Shown: one piece after another, positions 50,272-60,075 of the stretch
Layout of the letters: every line of letters begins with the position of its first letter
How positions within the stretch are numbered: position 1 is the stretch's first letter
From: Beijerinckiaceae bacterium
Lineage (GTDB): Bacteria; Pseudomonadota; Alphaproteobacteria; Rhizobiales; Beijerinckiaceae
Assembly: GCA_947475995.1 (NCBI GenBank)
Contig: CANJNI010000022.1
Coordinates: forward strand, 2,018 to 66,017
DNA length: 64,000 nucleotides
Reading direction: 5' to 3'
The notes under the pieces: model-generated
What the model was told of the DNA's origin: nothing
Database searches by the model: none
Seen by the model: only the letters and a program-made list of their open reading frames with translations
Position numbers and translations under genes: made by a program

Positions 50272-50529
50272 ATGATCCTGATTTTCGAAGACCGCGGCTG
50301 GACGGTCGCCACCGCATCATGGTCGATGGGCTCTGACGACCAGAAAACCACCCAGATCATCTATACGTGGGGCGCTGATCGAATCAGCTTTTTTGACAGC
50401 GCGACCGGCACGGCGCGGTACACCTTCCACGTTCCTGTCGAGGAATTCATCAGCATCCTGAAAGCGCACGCCAATGAGGGCTGCTGCGACCTTCGGGCAT
50501 TTCTCAAGGACCGCGGCGCTCCGGCCTGA
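50272..50529 (+). CDS. Hypothetical protein
   Basis: Fills the intergenic gap; no family recognised; start uncertain. Confidence 0.4.
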   Translation: MILIFEDRGWTVATASWSMGSDDQKTTQIIYTWGADRISFFDSATGTARYTFHVPVEEFISILKAHANEGCCDLRAFLKDRGAPA

Positions 50530-50612
50530 CTTCGTCGTCCGACGACGGCGCACTTGCATTGACTCGAACGCTTCCCTCCCCACTATGCGCCCATCACAAA
50601 AGGACGCACGGG

Positions 50613-52772
50613 ATGGACGACAGGGCAGGGGCGCAAGCCCGTTCCAAAATCGAAAAAATTGAATCGCTGCTCAATCCGCGCAACGTCGTCATCGTCGGCG
50701 CGAGCGACAAGCCGGGCAACTGGTCGCCGCGCACCTGGCGCAACCTGAAGCGCTACAATTTCCCCGGCCCGATTTATCCCTACAATCCGACGCGCGACGA
50801 AATCTGGGGCGAGCGCTGCTATCGCAGCTTTGCCGAATTGCCTGAGCCGCCCGATCATCTGGTGGTGCTCGTTCCGGCGCCGCATGTGCCGGCGCTCTTG
50901 CGCGAGGCCGCCGCCGCTGGCGCGCGTTCTGCCACCATCATCACGGCGGGATTCAGCGAGTCGCCCGATCCCAAGCGCAAGGCGCTCGGTGAGGAACTGC
51001 GCCGCGTGGCGGAAGAGACGGGCCTTGCGATTTCGGGTCCCAATTGCCTGGGCAATTTCAACGCCAGCGCCTCGCTGTTCACTCTGCCGGACGATCGGTT
51101 GCAGCAATTCGTTGCAGGGCCCATCGCCATCGTGGCCCAGTCGGGCGGCATCGTGCTCGCGCTGAAACGCACGCTCGAAGAGCGCGGGCTTGCAGCCGGA
51201 ATGCTGGTGACGAGCGGCAACGAGACCGGCCTCACGGCGGCCGATTATATCGCCTATTACGCGCAGCATCCGGCGGTGAAAGTCGTCGTCGCCTATCTCG
51301 AAGCGATCCACGATCCGCCTGCCTTCATGGCGGCGCTGCGTTCCGCGAAAGCCGCCGGCAAGCCGGTGGTGATCTTCAAGCTGGGCGCATCCGAGGAGGG
51401 CAGGGCGGCTGCTGCTGCGCATACGGGCGCGCTGGCCGGCTCGGTCGAGGCTTTCGACGCCGTCGCGGGAGCGGCGGGCGCGGTGCGCGTCAAGAACATG
51501 GATGATCTCGTCGAGACTGTGGAGTTTCTGGTTCATGCGCGCAAACCGAACGGCGCGCGCCTTTCCGCGATCACCTATTCGGGCGGAATGCGCGGACTGA
51601 TCACCGATGCAGCCTCGGCCCACGGACTCAAGTTCCCGGCGCTGTCCGAAGAGAGCCGCAAGACGCTCGAACCCCACATGCTGCCGGGCGCGACAATCAA
51701 CAACCCTCTTGACGGCGGCCTCGGGGCTGCTGGCGGCGTCGACGGTTTCCTGCGTTCGGTCGAGGTCTATCTCAACGATCCGGGTTTCGACATTCTGCTG
51801 TTGCAGGAAGAGCTGCCGCGCGAGCCCGGCTCCCGCCGCGCCGAACAGGTGCTGCGCACCGTTAATGATCTCGCCGGAAAGGCCGGCAAACCCGTCGCGT
51901 TCATCAGCGTGCTGTCCTACGGGCTGAACGATTATTGCCGCGAATTGCGGACGGAATTGCCAAATCTCGCCATCATGCAGGAGCCTGACCGCGCCCTGCG
52001 GGCCATTCGTAACACAACCGATTACTATGCCCGCATGGCGGAGCCCGAGGTTCCGCCGCCCGCCCCGAACCCCGAGGGCAAGAGAATTCTCGCGGAATTG
52101 CTCTCCGGCTCTGGTCCGGCAACGCTCGACGAAGTGGCTTCAAAGCGCTTGCTGGCCGCCTACGGCATCCTCGGGCCGAAGGAGGCGCTTGCCGCCAATG
52201 CAGAGGAGGCGGCTGCCGCTGCCGACCGCATCGGCTATCCGGTCGTCGCCAAGGTGATGAGCGCCGCCATTCCGCACAAGAGCGACATGGGCGGCGTGAT
52301 CCTCAACCTGCGCAACGCGGACGAGGTGCGCGAGGCTTTCCGCAAGATCGCCGCAGCTGTGGCGGCTCTGCCGGACAATCCCGGCATGGATGGCGTGTTG
52401 ATCGCCGAAATGGCGACCGGCGGCCTTGAACTCGTGCTGGGCGCGGCGCGGGATTCCGAAATGGGCCCGGTGCTGATGTTCGGCTCCGGCGGGGTCGGCA
52501 TTGAACTGATGAAGGATGTCGCCTTCGCGGCTCCGCCGCTGGACGAGCGCACGGCGCGCGCGCTGATCGCCCGCACCAAGGTCGGCGCGTTGGTGAAAGG
52601 CTATCGGGGCAAGCCGCCGCTTGACGAAGCTGCGCTCGTGAAGGCTCTCATCGGCCTCTCCAGCCTCATCTGCGATGCGGGCGAGGCGCTGGAATCGGTG
52701 GACGTGAACCCGTTCCTGCTGCGCGAACAGGGCGGAGTGGCGCTGGACGGGCTGGTGGTGCTGCGGCGCTGA
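50613..52772 (+). CDS. ADP-forming acyl-CoA ligase (acetate-CoA ligase family), copy 2
   Basis: VVIVGAS, GPNCLG, QSGG, AHTG, HKSDMGGV, DVNPF. Confidence 0.9.
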   Translation: MDDRAGAQARSKIEKIESLLNPRNVVIVGASDKPGNWSPRTWRNLKRYNFPGPIYPYNPTRDEIWGERCYRSFAELPEPPDHLVVLVPAPHVPALLREAAAAGARSATIITAGFSESPDPKRKALGEELRRVAEETGLAISGPNCLGNFNASASLFTLPDDRLQQFVAGPIAIVAQSGGIVLALKRTLEERGLAAGMLVTSGNETGLTAADYIAYYAQHPAVKVVVAYLEAIHDPPAFMAALRSAKAAGKPVVIFKLGASEEGRAAAAAHTGALAGSVEAFDAVAGAAGAVRVKNMDDLVETVEFLVHARKPNGARLSAITYSGGMRGLITDAASAHGLKFPALSEESRKTLEPHMLPGATINNPLDGGLGAAGGVDGFLRSVEVYLNDPGFDILLLQEELPREPGSRRAEQVLRTVNDLAGKAGKPVAFISVLSYGLNDYCRELRTELPNLAIMQEPDRALRAIRNTTDYYARMAEPEVPPPAPNPEGKRILAELLSGSGPATLDEVASKRLLAAYGILGPKEALAANAEEAAAAADRIGYPVVAKVMSAAIPHKSDMGGVILNLRNADEVREAFRKIAAAVAALPDNPGMDGVLIAEMATGGLELVLGAARDSEMGPVLMFGSGGVGIELMKDVAFAAPPLDERTARALIARTKVGALVKGYRGKPPLDEAALVKALIGLSSLICDAGEALESVDVNPFLLREQGGVALDGLVVLRR

Positions 52773-52829
52773 AGGCTTTCGCTTCCCGCCCGTCTATCCT
52801 ACAAGAGACGCAACCTGTCCGGAGGAACC

Positions 52830-53636
52830 ATGCGTCTGTTTCAGTGCCCGTGCCATGCCGCGTCTTTCGCTGCCTATGCGCCCGCCGATACAGGCGGCGG
52901 CTCACGCCCGGTTCCGGCCTCTGCGGGCCCGGTGGATCGCGCCGTGCTGGAAGAGCTGGCGGCCGCGAGCCGTATCCTGGCCGATCAGGGCGTGGTGGAC
53001 GCTTTCGGCCATGTGAGCATGCGCCATCCGGCCAATCCGAACCGGTTTCTGATGTCGCGTTCGCTCGCGCCCGCACTGGTCAGCGCCGACGACATCATGG
53101 AATTCGATCTCGATTGCGAAGCCTGCGAGTCGAAGGGCCGCAGCGGGTTTCTGGAGCGCTTCATTCACGGCGAAATTTACAAGGTGCGCGCCGACGTGAA
53201 CTCGGTGGTCCACAGCCATTCGCCGAGCATCATTCCGTTTGGCCTGACGAATGTGCCGATGCGGGCCATGTTCCACAATGCCGCCTTTCTGGCCGAAGGC
53301 GCGCCCGTCTTCGATATTCGCGAGAAATTCGGCGCGACCGACATGCTTGTGGGCAACCACGCCAAGGGCGCGGAACTCGCGCGCGTGATGGGCGATTGCC
53401 CGATTGCGCTGATGCGCGCGCATGGCAGCGTCGCCAGCGGCCCGAGCCTGCCGATTGCGGTTTTTCGCGCTGTTTACACCGAAAAGAACGCGCTGCTGCA
53501 GTTGCAGTCCACCATGCTGGCGGCTGGCGGGCCCATTGCGGCGCTCGATAGCGAGGAAGGCCCGAAGGCGGATGCGGTGAACATCACTTCCGCCTCCCGC
53601 GCCTGGGACCTCTGGAAACGCCGCGTCATGAACTGA
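52830..53636 (+). CDS. Class II aldolase/adducin family protein (heteroaromatic decarboxylase-like; start may be further downstream)
   Basis: DAFGHVS, LERFIHGEIY, VVHSHSP, LMRAHG. Confidence 0.85.
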   Translation: MRLFQCPCHAASFAAYAPADTGGGSRPVPASAGPVDRAVLEELAAASRILADQGVVDAFGHVSMRHPANPNRFLMSRSLAPALVSADDIMEFDLDCEACESKGRSGFLERFIHGEIYKVRADVNSVVHSHSPSIIPFGLTNVPMRAMFHNAAFLAEGAPVFDIREKFGATDMLVGNHAKGAELARVMGDCPIALMRAHGSVASGPSLPIAVFRAVYTEKNALLQLQSTMLAAGGPIAALDSEEGPKADAVNITSASRAWDLWKRRVMN

Positions 53637-53747
53637 CGGGGCGGGCTGCGGCGCGGCGCGCTATTTGCACGTCAGCGTCAGCATGCCATCATGAGCGCAA
53701 GGCGCGGGCGCCTGACCCGCGCGGAAAAAACCAGGAGAGCGAAGAAC

Positions 53748-54623
53748 ATGCACAAGGGCGTACAATGGCCGAACCCGACACTCAAATGGCCGGACGGCAA
53801 GCTCATCTGCTGCACGTTCCGCGTTGCCTATGAGGCGTTCCGCAAGAGCGGCCGTTTCAAGAAATCGCCCAAGATTCCGGTGAACGTCGCGTCCCTGTCG
53901 CACGCCAATTACGGCGGCGCGGTCGGCGTGTGGCGTCTCATGGATATTTACGAACGTCATGGGATTAAAGCCACGATCGGGGCGAACGGCCTCGCGGTGG
54001 AAAAATGGCCCGACACGATTCAGGCTTTTCACAAGGCCGGTCACGAAATCGCCAGCCACGGCCTCACAAATGACTATCACCTGACTGATCTTTCACCAGA
54101 GCAGCAGATCGAGGAAATTCGCGGCTGCACGAAGGTGATCGAGCAATGCACGGGCGTGCGTCCCATCGGGTGGGCCGGTCCGGGCAACCTGCATACGGCG
54201 GAAACGCTCGGCATTCTGGCCGATGAAGGCTACCAGTGGTTCGGCGACGCTTTCGATGACGACGTGCCCTACGTCGCCGAAGTGAACGGCAAGAACATCG
54301 CGGTCATTCCGAAGCTCAATTACGCCAACGACTGGCGCGCATGGTCGGGCGGCCTCGGCAATGCGACGACCTTCTTCGAGGGTTTCAAGACATCGTTCGA
54401 TTACATGTACGAGGAAGGGCTCCGGGGTCGCGCGGGCGCGATGGACCTGATCGTTCACGCCGAGCTTGGCGGTCGCCCGAACATCGCCTGCGCGATCGAA
54501 CAGATGATCCGCTACGTCAAGCAGTACGGCGATGAAGTGTGGATTCCGACCCGCAAGGAACTCGCCGACTACATGCTCAACGGTTCCGGCCTCAAGCCCG
54601 AACCCTATCGGCCGATGGACTGA
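53748..54623 (+). CDS. Polysaccharide deacetylase-fold protein, PuuE/allantoinase type, paralog A
   Basis: WPDGK, VAYE, YGG.VGVWRL, HEIASHG, GW.GP, DDDVPY, VH...GRP. Confidence 0.8.
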   Translation: MHKGVQWPNPTLKWPDGKLICCTFRVAYEAFRKSGRFKKSPKIPVNVASLSHANYGGAVGVWRLMDIYERHGIKATIGANGLAVEKWPDTIQAFHKAGHEIASHGLTNDYHLTDLSPEQQIEEIRGCTKVIEQCTGVRPIGWAGPGNLHTAETLGILADEGYQWFGDAFDDDVPYVAEVNGKNIAVIPKLNYANDWRAWSGGLGNATTFFEGFKTSFDYMYEEGLRGRAGAMDLIVHAELGGRPNIACAIEQMIRYVKQYGDEVWIPTRKELADYMLNGSGLKPEPYRPMD

Positions 54624-54709
54624 CCAATCTATCCGTCGCACAGTGGGCATGCCGCCGGGGAAGCGGCATGCGACTTGCTCGAATTCCAACAGCGATGGAG
54701 TACGCTGGC

Positions 54710-55807
54710 ATGAAGGGAACGAATTTCAAAGCCGCGCTTAGCGCTTTGGCGCTGGCGGGCGTCGTCGCGATGGTCTTTCCGGCCGCCGCGCAGCAATGGC
54801 CGGAGCTTTCTCCGGTCGAAAAGATCTATGCCGATCTGGCCAAGCTTCCTGCGGATGAACGCGCGAAGCGGATCGAGGAGGGCGCGAAGAAGGAAGGCAC
54901 GTTCATCCTCGTGCACACCTTGCGCGGCGAACTCGGCAACGGGCACATCAATCTGTTTCGCAAGCGCTACCCGTTCCTCAAGGTGGAGGCGACCGCCGAT
55001 ATCGGTTCGCAGGACGCGGCCGAGCGGCTCTATGCGGAAGAGACATCGGGCCGCCACCTGACCGACGTCATCGGCATCGGCCTGCCGGACGGTCGCGAAG
55101 TGCTGGCGAAGAATTATGCCGCCCGCTATCCGACGCCCGCCACCGACAAGATCTACCCGCCGCTCAAGAAGTTCAACGATCCGCAAAACCGCTGGGTTCT
55201 GTTCTTCTGGAGCGAACACGGCATGTCGTACAACAGCAACCTTGTGCCGGCCAACAAGGCCCCGAAGGACTGGTTCGACCTCTGTGACCCGTTCTTCAAG
55301 GGCAGCGTGTCGTTCGATCCCGCCGAAACGCGCTTCATCAGCGGCATCTACAACATCATGGGCGAGGAAAAGACCATCAAGTGGTTCGAATGCCTCGGGG
55401 CCAATAACCCGATCATCCAGCGCGGCCACACGCAGCGCATGGAACTGATGCTCGCCGGCGACCACATGGCGCAGGGCGACAACTATCTGTATCAGGGCCT
55501 GCAGATCAAAAAGAAGAACCCGTCTGCGCCTTACGTCATCGTCTATAGCGCGCCGATGATCGCCAGCATGGGCGGCTCGCTCATCAACCGCTTCGCCCCG
55601 CATCCCTATGCGTCGGCGCTGTGGATGGACTGGTCGGTCACCGACGAGAGCCAGCAGTACATTTCCAACCAGCTTCGCGGTCCCGTCACCATGAAGCATC
55701 CCTACCTGCCTGATGATGTGACGCTGGTCGACAATCTCGACCCGCCGCAGGACGTCGCCGACCGCCTGATGGCGGCCTGGATGAAGAATGTGGAGAAGAA
55801 GCGCTGA
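54710..55807 (+). CDS. ABC transporter substrate-binding protein (AfuA/FbpA-like class)
   Basis: Signal peptide, GAKKEG, MLAGD, APHPYASALW. Confidence 0.85.
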   Translation: MKGTNFKAALSALALAGVVAMVFPAAAQQWPELSPVEKIYADLAKLPADERAKRIEEGAKKEGTFILVHTLRGELGNGHINLFRKRYPFLKVEATADIGSQDAAERLYAEETSGRHLTDVIGIGLPDGREVLAKNYAARYPTPATDKIYPPLKKFNDPQNRWVLFFWSEHGMSYNSNLVPANKAPKDWFDLCDPFFKGSVSFDPAETRFISGIYNIMGEEKTIKWFECLGANNPIIQRGHTQRMELMLAGDHMAQGDNYLYQGLQIKKKNPSAPYVIVYSAPMIASMGGSLINRFAPHPYASALWMDWSVTDESQQYISNQLRGPVTMKHPYLPDDVTLVDNLDPPQDVADRLMAAWMKNVEKKR

Positions 55808-55841
55808 GCGATTTTGTCCACGTTGCATTCCAGATAGCCAG

Positions 55842-57599
55842 ATGGCGATGAGCGACACGACACCGGCCCCGCGCGCCTCCGCGCGCGCGGCTTCGGGCTT
55901 CCGGCTGGATTGGCGCACGATTGTGCTGGTCCTTCTGGTGCTGGGCCTTGCCTATCAGGTGGTCATCCCCTTCGTGATGATCATCTGGACGAGCCTGAAA
56001 ACCGTCCGGCCGGGAGATCCGGAATTCCTGTCGCTGACGGTGACTTTCGCGAATTATGCCCGCGCGTTCGGCTCGTCCGGCTTCTGGGCCGCGACGTGGA
56101 ACACGCTGTCCTTTGCGACGGCCTCGACGCTCGCGGCCTTCATCGTCGGCGCGTTCATCGCCTGGGTGGTTGAGCGTACGGATACGCCGCTCGCCAAGCT
56201 GATCGGCATGATCCTGATCGGCCGCATCATCATTCCGGGCATTCTGATCACGATCTCATGGATCCTGATTGCAAGCCCGAACATCGGCATCCTGAACCAG
56301 TTCATCAACCAGATGTTCGGGGTGCGGAATTTCTTCAACATCTACACGTTCTGGGGAATGGTGTGGGTGCAGTCCATCGAGATGGTGCCGCTGACATATC
56401 TGCTTTTGTCGGCCTCGTTCCAGGCGATGGACCCGCGCCTCGAAGAAGCCTCCACCATGACGGGCGCGGGCAACTGGCGCACGTTGCGGCGCATTTCGCT
56501 GCCGTTGGCGTTGCCGGCGGCGCTGGCGGCGCTGATGCTGCTTTTTGTCACCAGCATCGAGACATTCGAGGTGCCCCTGCTGATGGGCGGCCGCGCCGGC
56601 ATCCGGGTCTTCAGCACGGAGATATTCTTCAACACCTCCCGCACGCCCATCGACTGGGGCCTGTCGGCGACCTATTCGGTCGCGATGCTGTCAGTCTGCA
56701 TTGCGCTGCTGTTCGTCTATTTCCGCCTTCTGCGGCATGGCGAGCGCTACCAGACCGTGACCGGCAAGGATTTTCGTCCGCGCCGCATCGAACTCGGCCG
56801 GTGGAAATATCTCACCTCGGCGCTTGCGCTGCTCATCGTCTTCATCATCACCGGCATTCCGCTTCTGATGATGATCTACGTCTCGCTGCTCGGCTTCTAT
56901 CAGGCGCCGAGCTGGGCGGCTGTCCAGAGCATGTCGCTCGACAATTACCGGACGCTGTTCTCGTCCGCGAGCGCCATGATGCCGATGCTGAACTCGACGA
57001 TCCTCGGCATCGCGACAGCGACAGCCGTCGTGCTGGTCGTGTCGCTCATCGCCTATTTCGTCCACAAGACACAGATACGCGGTCGCAAGCTGCTCGACTA
57101 TCTGGCCTTCGCGCCGATCGCGATTCCCAGTGTCATTCTGGGCTCCACGTTCCTGTGGTTTTACCTGCTCGTGCCGGTGCCGGTGATCGGCACCTTGACC
57201 ATCATCGGTCTTGCGTATCTGACGAAATATCTGCCCTTCGCGCTTCGTTTCGTGTCGAATTCGATGATGCAGATCCATCCCGAACTCGACGAGGCCGCGC
57301 AGGTGGCGGGCGTGCCGTGGTGGCGCAACTTCTTCAAGGTGACTTTGCCGCTGCTGAAGCCGGGCCTGCTCGCCGCATGGTTCTGGGTGATGGTGCACGC
57401 CTATCGCGAACTCACCGTCGCCCTGATGCTGGCGCGTTCCGAAAATCGCACCGCCGCGGTGCTGATCTTCGATTTCTGGGATCGCGGCTCGTTCATGCAG
57501 ATCAGCGCCTTCGGGGTGCTGATGTTCTCGCTTCTTCTCGTGCTTGTGCTGATCTCGCACTGGATCGGCAAGCGCTACGGCATTCAGGACCAGCATTGA
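55842..57599 (+). CDS. ABC transporter permease (duplicated TM core, FbpB-like)
   Basis: Two EAA motifs (LEEASTMTGA and LDEAAQVAG). Confidence 0.9.
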   Translation: MAMSDTTPAPRASARAASGFRLDWRTIVLVLLVLGLAYQVVIPFVMIIWTSLKTVRPGDPEFLSLTVTFANYARAFGSSGFWAATWNTLSFATASTLAAFIVGAFIAWVVERTDTPLAKLIGMILIGRIIIPGILITISWILIASPNIGILNQFINQMFGVRNFFNIYTFWGMVWVQSIEMVPLTYLLLSASFQAMDPRLEEASTMTGAGNWRTLRRISLPLALPAALAALMLLFVTSIETFEVPLLMGGRAGIRVFSTEIFFNTSRTPIDWGLSATYSVAMLSVCIALLFVYFRLLRHGERYQTVTGKDFRPRRIELGRWKYLTSALALLIVFIITGIPLLMMIYVSLLGFYQAPSWAAVQSMSLDNYRTLFSSASAMMPMLNSTILGIATATAVVLVVSLIAYFVHKTQIRGRKLLDYLAFAPIAIPSVILGSTFLWFYLLVPVPVIGTLTIIGLAYLTKYLPFALRFVSNSMMQIHPELDEAAQVAGVPWWRNFFKVTLPLLKPGLLAAWFWVMVHAYRELTVALMLARSENRTAAVLIFDFWDRGSFMQISAFGVLMFSLLLVLVLISHWIGKRYGIQDQH

Positions 57600-57618
57600 T
57601 GTATTTGGTGGAGCAGAC

Positions 57619-58707
57619 ATGATCCGGGTCGAAGGCCTGCGCAAGACCTTCCAGTCGAAGAACGAAACCGTTCACGCGATCCGCGATGTTTCGTTCGAGG
57701 TGGGTTCAGGCGAAATCGTCACGCTGCTCGGCCCGTCCGGCTGCGGCAAGACCACGACATTGCGTTGCATCGCGGGACTTGAGAAGCCGACGGGCGGCAA
57801 GATCGCAATCGGCGATCGCCACGTCGTGGATGTGGAGGCCGGCGCATTCATTCCGCCGCATCGCCGCGACCTCGGCATGGTGTTCCAGTCCTACGCCATC
57901 TGGCCGCATATGAACGTGATCGAGAATGTCGCCTATGCGCTGGAGGGCAGGGGGCTTTCGAAGGCCGACATGCGCCAGCAGGCCATGAAGGCGCTGGACA
58001 CGGTGCAGATGGCGCATCTGGCGGATCGGCCTGCTCCGCGTCTTTCCGGCGGCCAGCAGCAGCGCGTCGCCATCGCACGCGCGCTCGTCGGCCATCCGCA
58101 GGCGCTGCTGTTCGACGAACCGCTCAGCAACCTTGATGCGAAACTGCGCAACGAGATGCGCAAGGAATTGCGCCGGCTGCAGCAGCAGATCGGCCTTACT
58201 TCCGTTTACGTGACGCACGACCAGTCCGAAGCTCTGGCGATATCGGACTGGGTCATCCTCATGAAGGACGGCGCCATCGTCGAAAAGGGTCGTCCGACAG
58301 ATATCTATCGCCGTCCGCGCAGCGTCTTCACCGCGCAATTCATTGGGACCACCAACCTGATCCCCGGCAGGCTTGAGTCGCGCGACGGATCGCAGGTTGC
58401 GGTCGCCACGTCGCATGGACGTCTGGTCGGGGTCGAACCGACCGGGGCGCTGGAGGTCGGCGCGAAGGTGCAGGTGAGCGTGCGTCCCGAAGCGATGCAC
58501 GCCGGCGCGGCCGCCGGTCCCAACGTCAATTCGCTTTCGGGCGCGCTCGAACTTGCCGTTTTCGCAGGCTCGGCCGTTGAGGCGGAAGTGCGCGCCAATG
58601 GCGAGAAAATTCTTTGCCTGCTCGACTATGACGCTGACCGGACGGCCGGTCACGATATCAGCCTGCATTTTTCAAGTGACGATACGCTCGTACTTGCCGA
58701 CGCATAG
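57619..58707 (+). CDS. ABC transporter ATP-binding protein with a TOBE-like C-terminus
   Basis: GPSGCGKT, LSGGQQQR, LLFDEPLSNLD, VTHDQ. Confidence 0.95.
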   Translation: MIRVEGLRKTFQSKNETVHAIRDVSFEVGSGEIVTLLGPSGCGKTTTLRCIAGLEKPTGGKIAIGDRHVVDVEAGAFIPPHRRDLGMVFQSYAIWPHMNVIENVAYALEGRGLSKADMRQQAMKALDTVQMAHLADRPAPRLSGGQQQRVAIARALVGHPQALLFDEPLSNLDAKLRNEMRKELRRLQQQIGLTSVYVTHDQSEALAISDWVILMKDGAIVEKGRPTDIYRRPRSVFTAQFIGTTNLIPGRLESRDGSQVAVATSHGRLVGVEPTGALEVGAKVQVSVRPEAMHAGAAAGPNVNSLSGALELAVFAGSAVEAEVRANGEKILCLLDYDADRTAGHDISLHFSSDDTLVLADA

Positions 58708-58719
58708 GAGAAAAAGAAA

Positions 58720-60066
58720 ATGGCCGCTTTTCAGCCTGTGAAGGAACTCAGCCGCGACGAAGTGATTGCGCGCTCCAACGCCGTCCTCGCCATGCCGGAT
58801 CAGCCGATCACCGAAACCGAAGACATTTTCCGCATCGAGGCGCTGGGCCTCGAATGGGACATGGGCGTCACTGTTTATGAGCCGAAGGAGGTCGCGCGCG
58901 GGGCTGATGGCAAGAAGATCGGCATTTTCGTGCTGCACGGCGGCTCAGGCGATTACAAGTCGATGGTCGATATCTGCCGCACCTTCGCGAAGAAGTTTTC
59001 GTGCAAGGTGATGGGCATGACGTTCCCGGGCCGTCTCTATCTCGACGATACCAGCCGCGACTGGCCGAAGGACACCATCAACTCTGATGGCACGGTGCGC
59101 ACGCCCATGTGGAAGAAGGGCGAATATATCACGCCCGATCAGTACGAGGTGAAGCGCGATACGTCGATGCGCTTCCGCTATGGAACGCGCACCGTCGCCC
59201 ACGCAAAGCCCGGAACGACGTTCTGGAACCGCATGGCCGGCTGGCCCTATGCGTTCGAGATGGGAATGAAGGACGCGATGCGTCGCCATTTTCCGGAAGG
59301 CGAATTTTCGATTTACGTGACCGGCCATTCCACCGGCGGCCCGATGGTGTTCATGATCTGCCAGCGCGTGCCGAACATCGCGGGCGTCATTGCAGTCGAG
59401 AATTCTCCGTTCGGGTACATTCAGGAAGAGCAGCACTCGTGGTCGGGCGCGCTCGGCAAGGTTGCGGGCTTCGAGCGCGTGACCACCAAGAAGGCGCTGC
59501 GCACGGACCCGTTTTATGAACTCTACATTCGCACGTGGCGCGATCGCGCGCGGTATGCGGGCCCCGAAGCGCTGGGTCAGGAAGGCCCGAACGCGCTTAT
59601 GCGTTTGCCCTGGCTGATGGAGGAAATCTTCGACTGGTGGGACAAGACGAAAGCGCGCCCGCAGTTCAAGGCGGAGTACGTCATCACCCACAACATCCAG
59701 TCGTCGCTTGAGGCCGCCGCGCGCGCGACCGCGGAGCGCCTGAAGCTGGATGCGGCTGAAACCGAAAAGCTCGTGCAACACTACAAGGGCTTTCCGTATC
59801 CGCAGAAAGGCCCGGGCGCCAAGCCCGTGCCGCCTATCCTGTTCGTGCTTGCAAAGGACAGCCGCGATCATTCGCCCGAAGTCTACGAGGAAATCGTCGT
59901 CCCGATGTTCAAGCAGATCAATCCGGCGCCGAAAGTGAACGTGACGCGCTTCGGCGCGGGCGTGCACACCTACCACAAGGCGGAAGAGGGACTGCCGCTC
60001 GGCATCGTCCCCACCGTCGCGGATTATTATTTCAAGGCCATCACCGGCGGCTATTTCGTCGTTTGA
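58720..60066 (+). CDS. Uncharacterised alpha/beta-hydrolase, tandem paralog A
   Basis: LHGG, GHSTGG nucleophile elbow, LAKDSRD, GAGVH. Confidence 0.7.
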   Translation: MAAFQPVKELSRDEVIARSNAVLAMPDQPITETEDIFRIEALGLEWDMGVTVYEPKEVARGADGKKIGIFVLHGGSGDYKSMVDICRTFAKKFSCKVMGMTFPGRLYLDDTSRDWPKDTINSDGTVRTPMWKKGEYITPDQYEVKRDTSMRFRYGTRTVAHAKPGTTFWNRMAGWPYAFEMGMKDAMRRHFPEGEFSIYVTGHSTGGPMVFMICQRVPNIAGVIAVENSPFGYIQEEQHSWSGALGKVAGFERVTTKKALRTDPFYELYIRTWRDRARYAGPEALGQEGPNALMRLPWLMEEIFDWWDKTKARPQFKAEYVITHNIQSSLEAAARATAERLKLDAAETEKLVQHYKGFPYPQKGPGAKPVPPILFVLAKDSRDHSPEVYEEIVVPMFKQINPAPKVNVTRFGAGVHTYHKAEEGLPLGIVPTVADYYFKAITGGYFVV

Positions 60067-60075
60067 GGAACGCGC

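Noticed and set aside
54710-58707. Ferric iron (Fbp/Afu) uptake system
   Set aside because: The structural class fits, but the neighbouring enzymes point to an organic substrate and I see no clear iron-ligand or regulatory evidence
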